Shown here in pieces: positions 19,743 through 28,189 of a stretch of 60,155 bases of DNA. Position numbers and translations under genes: made by a program. The notes below the pieces were generated by a model, which saw only the letters and a program-made list of their open reading frames with translations, did not search any database and had not been told where the DNA came from. Origin of the DNA: Candidatus Hodarchaeota archaeon (lineage in GTDB: Archaea > Asgardarchaeota > Heimdallarchaeia > Hodarchaeales > Hodarchaeaceae); assembly GCA_016840035.1 (NCBI GenBank), contig JAEOTC010000182.1, positions 1-60,155 on the forward strand. Reading direction: 5' to 3'. Positions within the stretch are counted from its first letter, which is position 1. Each line of letters begins with the position of its first letter.

Positions 19743-20144
19743 TTAGCTCTCCAATTCATCAAGGGATCGATCATTTTTCTTAAGATAGTCATGAATTGCA
19801 CGTTGGACTGCATCAACTGCTAAATTTGAACAGTGCATTTTAGTCTTGGGTAATCCGCCAAGTTCCTCAGCTACTTGTTTCTTTGTTACTTTATATGCTT
19901 CTTTAATGTCCATGCCTTTGATAATCATAGTAGTCTTTGAGCTGGTTGCGATCGCTGCGACACAGCCAAATGTCTTCACCTTAACATCCTGAATGATATC
20001 CTGATCGTCTATTTTAAGATAAACCCACATGATATCACCACAAACGGGATTTCCGACCTTTCCAATTGCACTTGCGTCTTCAATTTCACCCATATTTTCT
20101 GGTTTCAAGAATAAATCCATAACTTCCTTTGTATACATACCCAT
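19743..20144 (-). CDS. iscU: Fe-S cluster scaffold IscU/NifU-N
   Basis: GNPVCGD, FGCVAAIA and KMHCSNLA (all three Cys). Real start is probably ATG at 20144, with a GGAGG SD overlapping the iscS 3' end. Confidence 0.95.
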   Translation of the reverse strand: MGMYTKEVMDLFLKPENMGEIEDASAIGKVGNPVCGDIMWVYLKIDDQDIIQDVKVKTFGCVAAIATSSKTTMIIKGMDIKEAYKVTKKQVAEELGGLPKTKMHCSNLAVDAVQRAIHDYLKKNDRSLDELES

Positions 20145-20148
20145 TTTG

Positions 20149-21396
20149 TTAATCCTCCGAGTCTTCGTCATCGTGGTGATGGTGGTCTTCTTCGTTATAT
20201 TCACCACTTTCTTTCATTTCTTTCCATTCACGCATGAAGTCTTGATTCACTGGACTCATAGCACGTAATCTTTCTACGATTTGTACTAGTTGTACAATGA
20301 ATTCATCAAGTTGTTCTTTTTCGTTATATTTACTTAATCCGAGACGAATTGATCCATGACTTACTTCTGTTGGTAATCCAATTGCTGATAGGACATGACT
20401 TGCTTTTAGCTGTTTTGAGGAACATGCAGATCCAGTAGCAACCATGAAATTTAACATGTCAAGATAAAGTAAAATTGATTCCCCTTCAACATAGCTTATG
20501 ACCGCAGAAAAATGCCCTGGTAAACGTTTATTAGTATTCGATGCTCCAGTAATCGAAAATTCAGTTAAATGTTTTCTAAATAATTCCTGAGTATAATCTC
20601 TAAGCTCTGTGATCTTCTTTACCACGTCTGGCGTAAATTGAGTGACTGCTTCTGCAAAACCTACGATTCCTGGTATATTTTCTGTTCCAGCTCTTTTTCT
20701 ATTCTCTTGGAATCCTCCATCAATCAAAGGACGTAGTCGTTGTCTCTTTTTCAAATATAGAGCACCAACACCCTTTGGACCATGGATAAGATGACTTGCA
20801 ATGGTTGCCATATCAACAACAGAGGCATCTGTATCGATTTTACAGAAGGAATATGTCATATCAACGTGTAATGGAACATTCTGTTCATGACATATTGTAG
20901 CAATCGTGCTGATATCTTCTATTGTCCCTATTTCAACATTACCATGCGGAACTGTAACTAATAAGGGTTTGAGTTTGAGGAGCTTACGTAAATGATCGTG
21001 ATTGATAAATCCTTCCTTATCAACATCAATAAGCTCTAGATTGAATCCATGATGCTTTACTAAAGATTTTAATGGATCCATTATGGTTGAATGAGAGACT
21101 GCAGAGGCTAAAATAAGTTTTGAATCGGGTTTTTCGTTGGCTAAAGCAAAACCTTTCAATGCTGTATTATTAGATTCAGCTTGACCCGAAGTGAAGATAA
21201 TTTCCGAGGGGTCAACATTTAATTTTTTGGCAATGGTTTCTCTGGCCTTACTAAGGGCTTCTTGGGCTTCCACGCCGAATGAATTTCCATATTCTGAACT
21301 GGGTGGGCTAATTACATCGGTGAAAAACGGAATCATCGATTCTAATACGTTATCGTCAACTCTCGTACTTGCATTGTTATCTAGGTAAACTTTCAC
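20149..21396 (-). CDS. iscS: IscS/NifS-type cysteine desulfurase homolog (PLP lysine replaced by Leu)
   Basis: YLDNNAST, IIFTSG.AESNN, HGPKGVGALY, RAGTENIPGI and TGSACSS (catalytic Cys). It has SHL where SHK is canonical, and an acidic His-rich tail. Confidence 0.9.
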   Translation of the reverse strand: MKVYLDNNASTRVDDNVLESMIPFFTDVISPPSSEYGNSFGVEAQEALSKARETIAKKLNVDPSEIIFTSGQAESNNTALKGFALANEKPDSKLILASAVSHSTIMDPLKSLVKHHGFNLELIDVDKEGFINHDHLRKLLKLKPLLVTVPHGNVEIGTIEDISTIATICHEQNVPLHVDMTYSFCKIDTDASVVDMATIASHLIHGPKGVGALYLKKRQRLRPLIDGGFQENRKRAGTENIPGIVGFAEAVTQFTPDVVKKITELRDYTQELFRKHLTEFSITGASNTNKRLPGHFSAVISYVEGESILLYLDMLNFMVATGSACSSKQLKASHVLSAIGLPTEVSHGSIRLGLSKYNEKEQLDEFIVQLVQIVERLRAMSPVNQDFMREWKEMKESGEYNEEDHHHHDDEDSED

Positions 21397-21540
21397 GTGA
21401 CTGAACCTCTGATCAAAGATAATTAACTATATTTAATATTGATTAATAACGATTGTTAAAAGGAAATAGAAACAGTCCAGTAACTCAAACTTCATTAATA
21501 GAAAAATACATCTCATTCTACAGATTCGATACAAGAATGC

Positions 21541-21756
21541 GTGGGACTCTTGGCACAGAAAATTTACGTTCAGTTGTTTATAGGTTTTCTTCTTCTCTTA
21601 ACGTTTTTATTTGCAGTTTATGCCTTTTTTTTAGAACCAACCTCATCCACTCCCCCTCCATCGTCGGATTCTGGTTTTCCTGTAATATATCTTGCTCTGG
21701 TAGTTTTAGGTGGAGTAGGGGTTATAACTGCGCTACTCTTAAGGTTAAGACGATGA
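21541..21756 (+). CDS. Small two-TM membrane protein with Pro/Ser linker and basic tail
   Basis: Hydrophobic helix, EPTSSTPPPSSDSG linker, second hydrophobic helix, RLRR tail; GTG start. Confidence 0.6.
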   Translation: MGLLAQKIYVQLFIGFLLLLTFLFAVYAFFLEPTSSTPPPSSDSGFPVIYLALVVLGGVGVITALLLRLRR

Positions 21757-21842
21757 ATGTCTGGATTTAAATCTAAATGGACGGTTATGATAAAGCTTAA
21801 TTTGAAGAATGGAATGGTAATGTGTAAAGGAGAGGATTACTC

Positions 21843-22622
21843 TCAGAGATGTTCTATTTTTTTTGTCAGGAATAGTCCCCAAATATACATAGACAAAATA
21901 CAAACAAGAATTATAAGCGTAGAAGATACTATTACACCTGAAGTAATTGGTACGACTAATGGGGAAGGTATGAGGAAATTAGCAAAAGTCGATAGATGAT
22001 ATTGCAGAGTAAAGGAGTAAAAAATCGCAGGGATAATCCCCACTGAAATTCCACTATATAAGAATTGAGGAAGAATAAAAAAAACAGATAAAGGCACAAG
22101 AGATGCTAGTACTGAAGATAAATTGCATTTTTTGATTGAAATATATCCACTGAAGGTAATAGAAGAGAAAACCAGTATATCAATTACTCCTATAACAAAC
22201 AATTTTAGAATCAGTTCAATTGTTGGCATTATTAGAAAGACTGAGGAAAAAAATACGAAGATAAGTAAAAATCCACAGTTCAATATAACTAATACTCCTA
22301 TTGTACTCATCATACGTGCTAAATACGGTTTTTGTCTATGGTCTATTGTAGAAATTAATATTGACATCGTCTTATCATCGAGAAGATAGATTCCAATCAG
22401 AATAGAATAGACACTTAATGTGAATTGTAGAATGAACGCATACATCCGTGCTAAAAGGTATAGAAGTTCTACTTTGCTAGTGACAGATAAATTTATCCCC
22501 GAAAACATTAAATAAAAGTATAGAACTAAAATAAATAGAAATAGAATGGGAAAAATCGATAAAAGAAGTACTGTTGAGCTCATACGTCTCAAATCGAATT
22601 TGACGATTTCAAGGATCTTCAT
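21843..22622 (-). CDS. ABC-2-type transporter permease
   Basis: Six TM segments, N-terminal IVKFDLRR and a central DDKTMSILIST..HRQKPYLAR loop. Overlaps the ATPase gene by 4 bp. Confidence 0.72.
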   Translation of the reverse strand: MKILEIVKFDLRRMSSTVLLLSIFPILFLFILVLYFYLMFSGINLSVTSKVELLYLLARMYAFILQFTLSVYSILIGIYLLDDKTMSILISTIDHRQKPYLARMMSTIGVLVILNCGFLLIFVFFSSVFLIMPTIELILKLFVIGVIDILVFSSITFSGYISIKKCNLSSVLASLVPLSVFFILPQFLYSGISVGIIPAIFYSFTLQYHLSTFANFLIPSPLVVPITSGVIVSSTLIILVCILSMYIWGLFLTKKIEHL

Positions 22623-23314
22623 AGTACCACCTTTGCTTCATCGAGATCGACAATTCTATCTGAAATTTCTTCTGACCGATCACTGCTTAGATCTGCGAAA
22701 ATTATTGTAGAACCCTGAGAAGAGAGTCTCTGAATATTATTCATCAAAACAATCGCACTTGACTCATCAAGAGATGAAAATGGTTCATCTAATACAAGTA
22801 ATTGTGGCTGATCAATCATAGAAGCAATTAATGCTACTTTGTGAAGCATACCTTTCGATAAAGAACCAATAGGTTCATCTCTCCATTTTACCAGACTAAA
22901 TGATCCAAGAAATTCTTCTAGATGGGAGTCATCTGGATTCCTTTGAAGAATGCTAGAGATTAATCTTAAGAAGGTTGAAATTGTGACATTTGGATAAATA
23001 AATGGATTATCTGGACAGTACCCAACCCTTGGCGATAAATTACTAGCATTTTCATCAAATTTGATCCGAATTCGACCTGATGTTGGGTGAATCAAACCAG
23101 TGATCAATCTTAGTAAAGTCGATTTACCTGATCCATTTCGTCCTTTTACACAAACGACTTCTCCTTTCACTAATGAAATAGAAAACTTATTTAGTGCTCT
23201 TACACGTATCCGAGAAAATCTATTTCCGTAGACCTTTGTAACATTATCGACTTCTAATGTCAGTTTAAGATCCCCCTTCAAGAAATTTATTGGATTTTCT
23301 AAAAATCCAAACAA
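22619..23314 (-). CDS. ABC transporter ATP-binding protein (CcmA/ABC-2 exporter type)
   Basis: Walker A GRNGSGKS, signature LSKGM, Walker B LVLDEP and D-loop SSLD. The H-switch His appears absent (IIFADL). The start may be CTG at 23263. Confidence 0.9.
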   Translation of the reverse strand: MFGFLENPINFLKGDLKLTLEVDNVTKVYGNRFSRIRVRALNKFSISLVKGEVVCVKGRNGSGKSTLLRLITGLIHPTSGRIRIKFDENASNLSPRVGYCPDNPFIYPNVTISTFLRLISSILQRNPDDSHLEEFLGSFSLVKWRDEPIGSLSKGMLHKVALIASMIDQPQLLVLDEPFSSLDESSAIVLMNNIQRLSSQGSTIIFADLSSDRSEEISDRIVDLDEAKVVL

Positions 23315-24086
23315 AAATTAGAATAATGGGTAGAATTGTGAACAATGAAGCAAATCCGAGGAAAAAGAATATTGAGGTCAGATCTGTAGTCCCCTCGATT
23401 GGATGACTTGTACTTTCCAAATTAACATAAAGCACATGTTGAACAATACCTGGAATGGTGTGTTCTAGAAAGTAACACCTTGCAAACATCAGAATCCCTG
23501 TTGATTGATGATAACTGGCATTGGCCCCTAAATCAGAGTATTCTAGATCTGAGAAAAAGTAATCTGCTACGCTAATCTCTTTATAGTTCCATTGAATAAG
23601 TCTCGTATTATAGTTTACGGCTAGATAAGACCAAATAAAGACATCAGATTTATTTTCTATTATCTTGGGGGGAATATAAATAGGATTAAAAAATCGTGCT
23701 TCTTTTCCGAAGTAATATAGAACTCCAGTAATAATTTCGCCCTGGTAGTCTCCTATTTGAATGGATCTTGTCAAAATATTCTGTGTAAAATTAAGATCTT
23801 GTTTACCTTGAATCCAAGCAAGATCAACAATAGCTTCGAGCGTCAGGGCAATAGAAGTTGAATTAGTTTTTTGGAGGTAATTGATTTTAAGAGCACCAAC
23901 AACCCCTAAAAAATCCCCATTTGGAAGAATTCTCTCGTAATTAACATGGTACTTGAAATTTGAACCCTGCGATGGGGAAAATTGTTGTTCTAAGCCTTGA
24001 GAGGAAGCCGAAATTGGAACTATAGAGAAGATGATGAAAGTTGCAAAAATAACCATAGATAAGAAGTGATAGTTAAGATATCTCAT
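23265..24086 (-). CDS. Secreted beta-rich protein with C-terminal membrane anchor (hypothetical)
   Basis: N-terminal signal-like hydrophobic stretch, several NxS/T sequons, and a C-terminal TM followed by RKSNK. Confidence 0.7.
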   Translation of the reverse strand: MRYLNYHFLSMVIFATFIIFSIVPISASSQGLEQQFSPSQGSNFKYHVNYERILPNGDFLGVVGALKINYLQKTNSTSIALTLEAIVDLAWIQGKQDLNFTQNILTRSIQIGDYQGEIITGVLYYFGKEARFFNPIYIPPKIIENKSDVFIWSYLAVNYNTRLIQWNYKEISVADYFFSDLEYSDLGANASYHQSTGILMFARCYFLEHTIPGIVQHVLYVNLESTSHPIEGTTDLTSIFFFLGFASLFTILPIILIFVWIFRKSNKFLEGGS

Positions 24087-24102
24087 TGATTAACCTTTTC
24101 TT

Positions 24103-24142
24103 AAAAAAAATAAAGGGAGTAGACTTAGGAAATTTCCTAAGT
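24103..24142 (-). terminator. Intra-operon hairpin plus T-tract
   Basis: A perfect 20-bp palindrome ACTTAGGAAATTTCCTAAGT (24123-24142) covers the stop codon and is followed on the minus strand by CTACTCCCTTTATTTTTTTT. Confidence 0.6.
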
Positions 24143-24505
24143 GCCTCCTAAGGCCGGGATTCGGATGATATAGTAAACCATTAGTCCTATTAGTTCAATA
24201 CTTACCACAATTAAAAAGATCAGAAATAAGATAACTGTTTTCGTGACTGGGGTAAATGATCCAGGATCTTCGATTTGATTTAATAAATCGTAAATGTTGG
24301 ATAGAATGAATATTCCAATAGCCATGATTACTACCACCAATACCAAGAAAAGAACTCCAAATGGGGCTTGAAGCACATAGAATTCCGCATTCAATCGTGC
24401 AAATTCTAGGACAAAGAAAAGCATTGCTATTCCTCCTAGGATACCTCCTATCCAGAAAGCGAGCTTAGATAATACAGATGGTTTCAAATATTCGTCTAGC
24501 GCCAT
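24137..24505 (-). CDS. Small hydrophobic 3-TM protein (hypothetical)
   Basis: 122 aa from ATG at 24505 with an AGGAGG SD; three long hydrophobic helices. Confidence 0.75.
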   Translation of the reverse strand: MALDEYLKPSVLSKLAFWIGGILGGIAMLFFVLEFARLNAEFYVLQAPFGVLFLVLVVVIMAIGIFILSNIYDLLNQIEDPGSFTPVTKTVILFLIFLIVVSIELIGLMVYYIIRIPALGGT

Positions 24506-24506
24506 T

Positions 24507-24914
24507 TTATGCCCTCCTAAGTAAATAAATTCCTGCAGCCGCAATTGTAAATCCTAAAGCTCCAAATATAAACAATTCAGCGATAAGGATTGTTCCAACT
24601 CCTGTTAGCATTCCCAACGCCACGGAATCCATTCCAAATAACGTTGAAACCACGCAGAGAAATCCCAATGTAAAACTAACAATTCGGATAAGGTTATTAC
24701 CCTCTGATAATCCTTGACTAAAGAACGCGATCGCAAAAACACCTAGACTCGCTGAAAAGAACATGTTATACAATAGGGAATCTAGTTCAACTTCGACACC
24801 TTCTGGGACTATTAACGGTCTTATTAAACCCGCTAATACAAGTAGAATTAGCATTGCTACTAATCCTAACATAATTATTCTAACACTTGATTCTACTTTC
24901 ATTTCTGTTGACAT
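24507..24914 (-). CDS. Small hydrophobic 4-TM Gly/Ala-rich protein (hypothetical)
   Basis: 135 aa from ATG at 24914 with a GAGGGTGA SD; four hydrophobic helices; ends LLRRA. Confidence 0.75.
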   Translation of the reverse strand: MSTEMKVESSVRIIMLGLVAMLILLVLAGLIRPLIVPEGVEVELDSLLYNMFFSASLGVFAIAFFSQGLSEGNNLIRIVSFTLGFLCVVSTLFGMDSVALGMLTGVGTILIAELFIFGALGFTIAAAGIYLLRRA

Positions 24915-25115
24915 AATCTTCACCCTCAAATGAGATAAAAAATAGGTGACATTCTGCCGTTAGACAACTATTCAATTCAAAAGGATTTCCGTCTTTTAAT
25001 ATAAAGTAATGTACAGAAAAAGTAGGATTTGAAAGATGATGAAAGAAGAATGTTTCTATTCCTCCTATAATTGCTGAATTACTGGTTAAAATTGTTGCCT
25101 TATATACTGAGTTTT

Positions 25116-25147
25116 AAAAAAAGAGGAAAGAGGGTAATAATCCCTCT
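25116..25147 (-). terminator. Hairpin plus T-tract terminator candidate
   Basis: Minus strand AGAGGG-ATTATTA-CCCTCT overlaps the stop codon and is followed by TTCCTCTTTTTTT. Confidence 0.5.
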
Positions 25148-25817
25148 AGATCCATCCTAGAATTCCAACAAAGAGAATAATCGCGAGAATGTCCACAGTG
25201 TATATGACAATCAATGTTAAAATCTGGTTTTTCCGCTCTTTCATGTCATACACCCAAAAAGAAACAACCATAAAATGAAGATAGCCAAAAATGATTATAG
25301 GAATAACGCCAAGTAAGCTTGCCTCCCAGAAATCATATACCCATAACAATGCTCCGGCTTCATTCAAAATTACTTCGACAAATACACAGAAAATCGAGTT
25401 TCCGATTGCAAATGCCCAGCGATTAGGAATCTTGAGCGGGATTTTGAGTGGTGATAAATCAAACTTAAAATTCTTATCCTCCGGTAACATTTTCGTGAAA
25501 GCGATCCCTGCCATAGCGAACATCATGCTAATTTCAATATTTAGTCCAACGAAGATTAGGAATCCAGTTTCCCCACCACAGGTCCAAAATGCCTGATAAT
25601 CAGTGAAGTACATTATTAATGCATTCCATATTTCATTGAACCAATCCATCCCCCAAAAAGCGAGACCTGCAAATACTCTATTCCAATTTTGTTTCTCAAT
25701 CTCTACTGCATACATATAAACAACAATAGCAAATAGAGGTATAAGGTACCATTTAAAATCTTCTGGCCACATACGTAAGATCGCTAATGCGGCTTCTGAA
25801 TCGGGCGTGGGTGCCAT
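25146..25817 (-). CDS. Conserved hypothetical integral membrane protein
   Basis: About 6 TM segments with intramembrane acidic motifs (DWFNEIWN, GLNIEI, VFVE), suggesting an enzyme. Family not assigned. Confidence 0.7.
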   Translation of the reverse strand: MAPTPDSEAALAILRMWPEDFKWYLIPLFAIVVYMYAVEIEKQNWNRVFAGLAFWGMDWFNEIWNALIMYFTDYQAFWTCGGETGFLIFVGLNIEISMMFAMAGIAFTKMLPEDKNFKFDLSPLKIPLKIPNRWAFAIGNSIFCVFVEVILNEAGALLWVYDFWEASLLGVIPIIIFGYLHFMVVSFWVYDMKERKNQILTLIVIYTVDILAIILFVGILGWI

Positions 25818-26000
25818 TTTAACTATCTCCTTTAATATATAATAATTTAGACTGTTTAATCGAGTTTTCGTTTAAATCTTTGGTATAGAGGTTGGATAAT
25901 GAAGGAGTTATCATTTGATTAGTATAATATCCTGAAAAGTAAGGTTATTAGATAAGGAAATAAAATGTGGTTACATACCGAGATGGGTTAAGAAAGAAAA

Positions 26001-26891
26001 ATGGCCACCGAAAAAACTAGCTATGATGAAGCAATCCTACGTCTGGATTCACATGATTATTCAGAAGAGACATTCATGGACATAGAGTTTGAATGTCTAG
26101 CGAATGACAGTTCTTCTGAAGAAATTACTTACGGTGTAGCCCCATTCCATCAGATCCCCATCACAGACAAAAAAAATTCTACCATTCGAATGTTATTAAT
26201 TTGGGTGAACCTTACAAATCAAAAAAATGTTGAATTAGCTAATAAATTGGGAAAAGGAGACAGAATTTTAATAAAAAAGCCGATAGTTCCCAAAGAAGGG
26301 GGGTATGCGAGAGATCAATTCGGAAATCTCGTTTTTTGGGTCGGTCACCCAAGTAATAATTCACTACACACCAATACAGAAATTATATTAGTTTCAAGTA
26401 TAAAAGAGACATGTTCAATCTGTAGACACATGATTCAGGAAGAGGAAGATCGGATCTATTGCCCAACTTGTCAGAATCCATTTCATTTACCACATTTTGC
26501 TGAATCCTTAAAAGTGACAGGTAAGTGTCCAATATGTGCTACTAAAAGCACATTGAGTGAAATTATGGAAAGTAATGTCGCAGAATCGTTTGATTTTTCA
26601 AAAATCATCACACTCAAGAAATTTCCATTTATACGAAGAACAACCCAGTTTTACATAAAAGATAATCCAGAATCAGCAAATTATGGAATATTCTTATTAC
26701 AAGAACTGGAAGAGAGTCAATTGAAGGAGAAAATGAAGAAAATTCAGACTTATATCAATACTCGAACTGGTTCCAAGCCAAAAATTGCATCAAGGGCGGG
26801 CCAAACCTTTTTGATTATTCCTTATCAAAATACAATCGCCTTAGATATTTTAGAAAAATTATTATTACAGTTTGAACAAACCACAGGTTAA
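26001..26891 (+). CDS. RING-finger protein with putative N-terminal OB fold (candidate E3 ligase)
   Basis: CSIC-x12-CPTC-x4-HLPH-x10-CPIC gives 8 zinc ligands. The N-terminal ITD...IRMLLIW...LGKGDRILIK...GNLVFWVG resembles RPA/SSB OB folds. Confidence 0.7.
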   Translation: MATEKTSYDEAILRLDSHDYSEETFMDIEFECLANDSSSEEITYGVAPFHQIPITDKKNSTIRMLLIWVNLTNQKNVELANKLGKGDRILIKKPIVPKEGGYARDQFGNLVFWVGHPSNNSLHTNTEIILVSSIKETCSICRHMIQEEEDRIYCPTCQNPFHLPHFAESLKVTGKCPICATKSTLSEIMESNVAESFDFSKIITLKKFPFIRRTTQFYIKDNPESANYGIFLLQELEESQLKEKMKKIQTYINTRTGSKPKIASRAGQTFLIIPYQNTIALDILEKLLLQFEQTTG

Positions 26892-26967
26892 AAATAAAAT
26901 TTCATTTAATTTCAAAACTGAATTTTTTTTAAGTCTAAGAGCATTTTGATAAAAACTGAGGGTATTT

Positions 26968-28179
26968 ATGGAAAGTACTCAGAATTCAAAGAATCAAGTT
27001 TCTAAGAAAAAACCTTTCTATTTGGTAACAACTGACATAGGAATGGGCTTCTCGGTATTTTTATTTGTTATTGGCCATACTAGCTTATGGTGGGATCATA
27101 CTCTGGATACTCAGTGGCCAAATCTTCCAATTGAAGCATGGTTACTCCTAATTGTAGCATTCCTAGTTCCCCCTGGATTTCTTTTCTGGTATACATTTAA
27201 TTCCGCAAACTCCCTTTTGCGTCGAAAAACCGATACAGAACGGAAAGAAAGTCGTCAAAGACTTCTAAAAAGAACAATTATATTCTTCTGTGTAGCCGAA
27301 TTTGGAGAATTGGTAACTGCCATCTTCCTAGGAAAACCAATATTAAATTACTTAGTTACATGGGAACTATTTCATATGTTTTCATTTTCTACTATCTTTA
27401 TTCTAATAATCTTTGAATTAGCTTGGGTAATTGAAAGAAAAGGGTTGAAAGACTATAAAAAAGCCGCTATAATAGAACTTCTCTTTGTCATTGGCGTAGT
27501 CTTAGGAATCTATCTCATTTTCCATGATTATACTCAAATTAGGACTATTGCACATGCTTCAGATCTCACAGTTGCTTCGATTTTTGAGCGAATTCTTCTA
27601 GATTTTGGTCAAGCCCCGATTATTCCATATTTAGTATTTTCTGCGACTGGAGGACTTCTTGCGGTATATCTCAATTTGCCAAATGCTAACAAGTCCACAA
27701 TTCCTCAAAAAGCTATTCCAGTCTTTATAATAGGAGCAGTATCTTTTATTATAGGATTAATATTACTTAATGTCGAAATTTACACCTCTCCCCCTGTTCA
27801 GTCACCTATCTCATCGAATTTGGTTTTTATTTCGATAGGATTCCATCTGATTTCGGTTACAGGAGGGGTGATATTATTAGATTTAGATACACTTTATGGG
27901 GTACCTAAAATCAATAAATTTATCCTCCCCCTCGTATTAATTAGTAAGATTAGCTTAACAGTTTATCTTCTCCACAACCTAGCCTATGGGATCCCACCTG
28001 AATCAGATCTTGTGCAAACTTTGATTCCAACATTACCAATATCTATGTTTGTAGGGCTTCTTTACGCTTTATTCTGGGTGTTTCTTGCATTAATATGGCA
28101 GAAGGCTGGATTTAGATTTAGTATTGAATGGATAATTGTCAATATGCAGAGGAAGAAATGGCGTTGGTGGATTGATTAA
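26968..28179 (+). CDS. Multi-TM protein, HGSNAT/DUF1624 (transmembrane acyltransferase)-like
   Basis: N-terminal TDIGMG....VIGH, PIIPY, and C-terminal SKISLTVYLLHN and FSIEW patterns; about 10 TM segments. Confidence 0.55.
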   Translation: MESTQNSKNQVSKKKPFYLVTTDIGMGFSVFLFVIGHTSLWWDHTLDTQWPNLPIEAWLLLIVAFLVPPGFLFWYTFNSANSLLRRKTDTERKESRQRLLKRTIIFFCVAEFGELVTAIFLGKPILNYLVTWELFHMFSFSTIFILIIFELAWVIERKGLKDYKKAAIIELLFVIGVVLGIYLIFHDYTQIRTIAHASDLTVASIFERILLDFGQAPIIPYLVFSATGGLLAVYLNLPNANKSTIPQKAIPVFIIGAVSFIIGLILLNVEIYTSPPVQSPISSNLVFISIGFHLISVTGGVILLDLDTLYGVPKINKFILPLVLISKISLTVYLLHNLAYGIPPESDLVQTLIPTLPISMFVGLLYALFWVFLALIWQKAGFRFSIEWIIVNMQRKKWRWWID

Positions 28180-28189
28180 GCCAAAGTAA

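Noticed and set aside
20145-20207. N-terminal extension of IscU (MVNITKKTTITT...) overlapping iscS
   Set aside because: This is an alternate-frame read of the IscS His/Asp tail. The ATG at 20144 has a GGAGG SD and matches the IscU family start.
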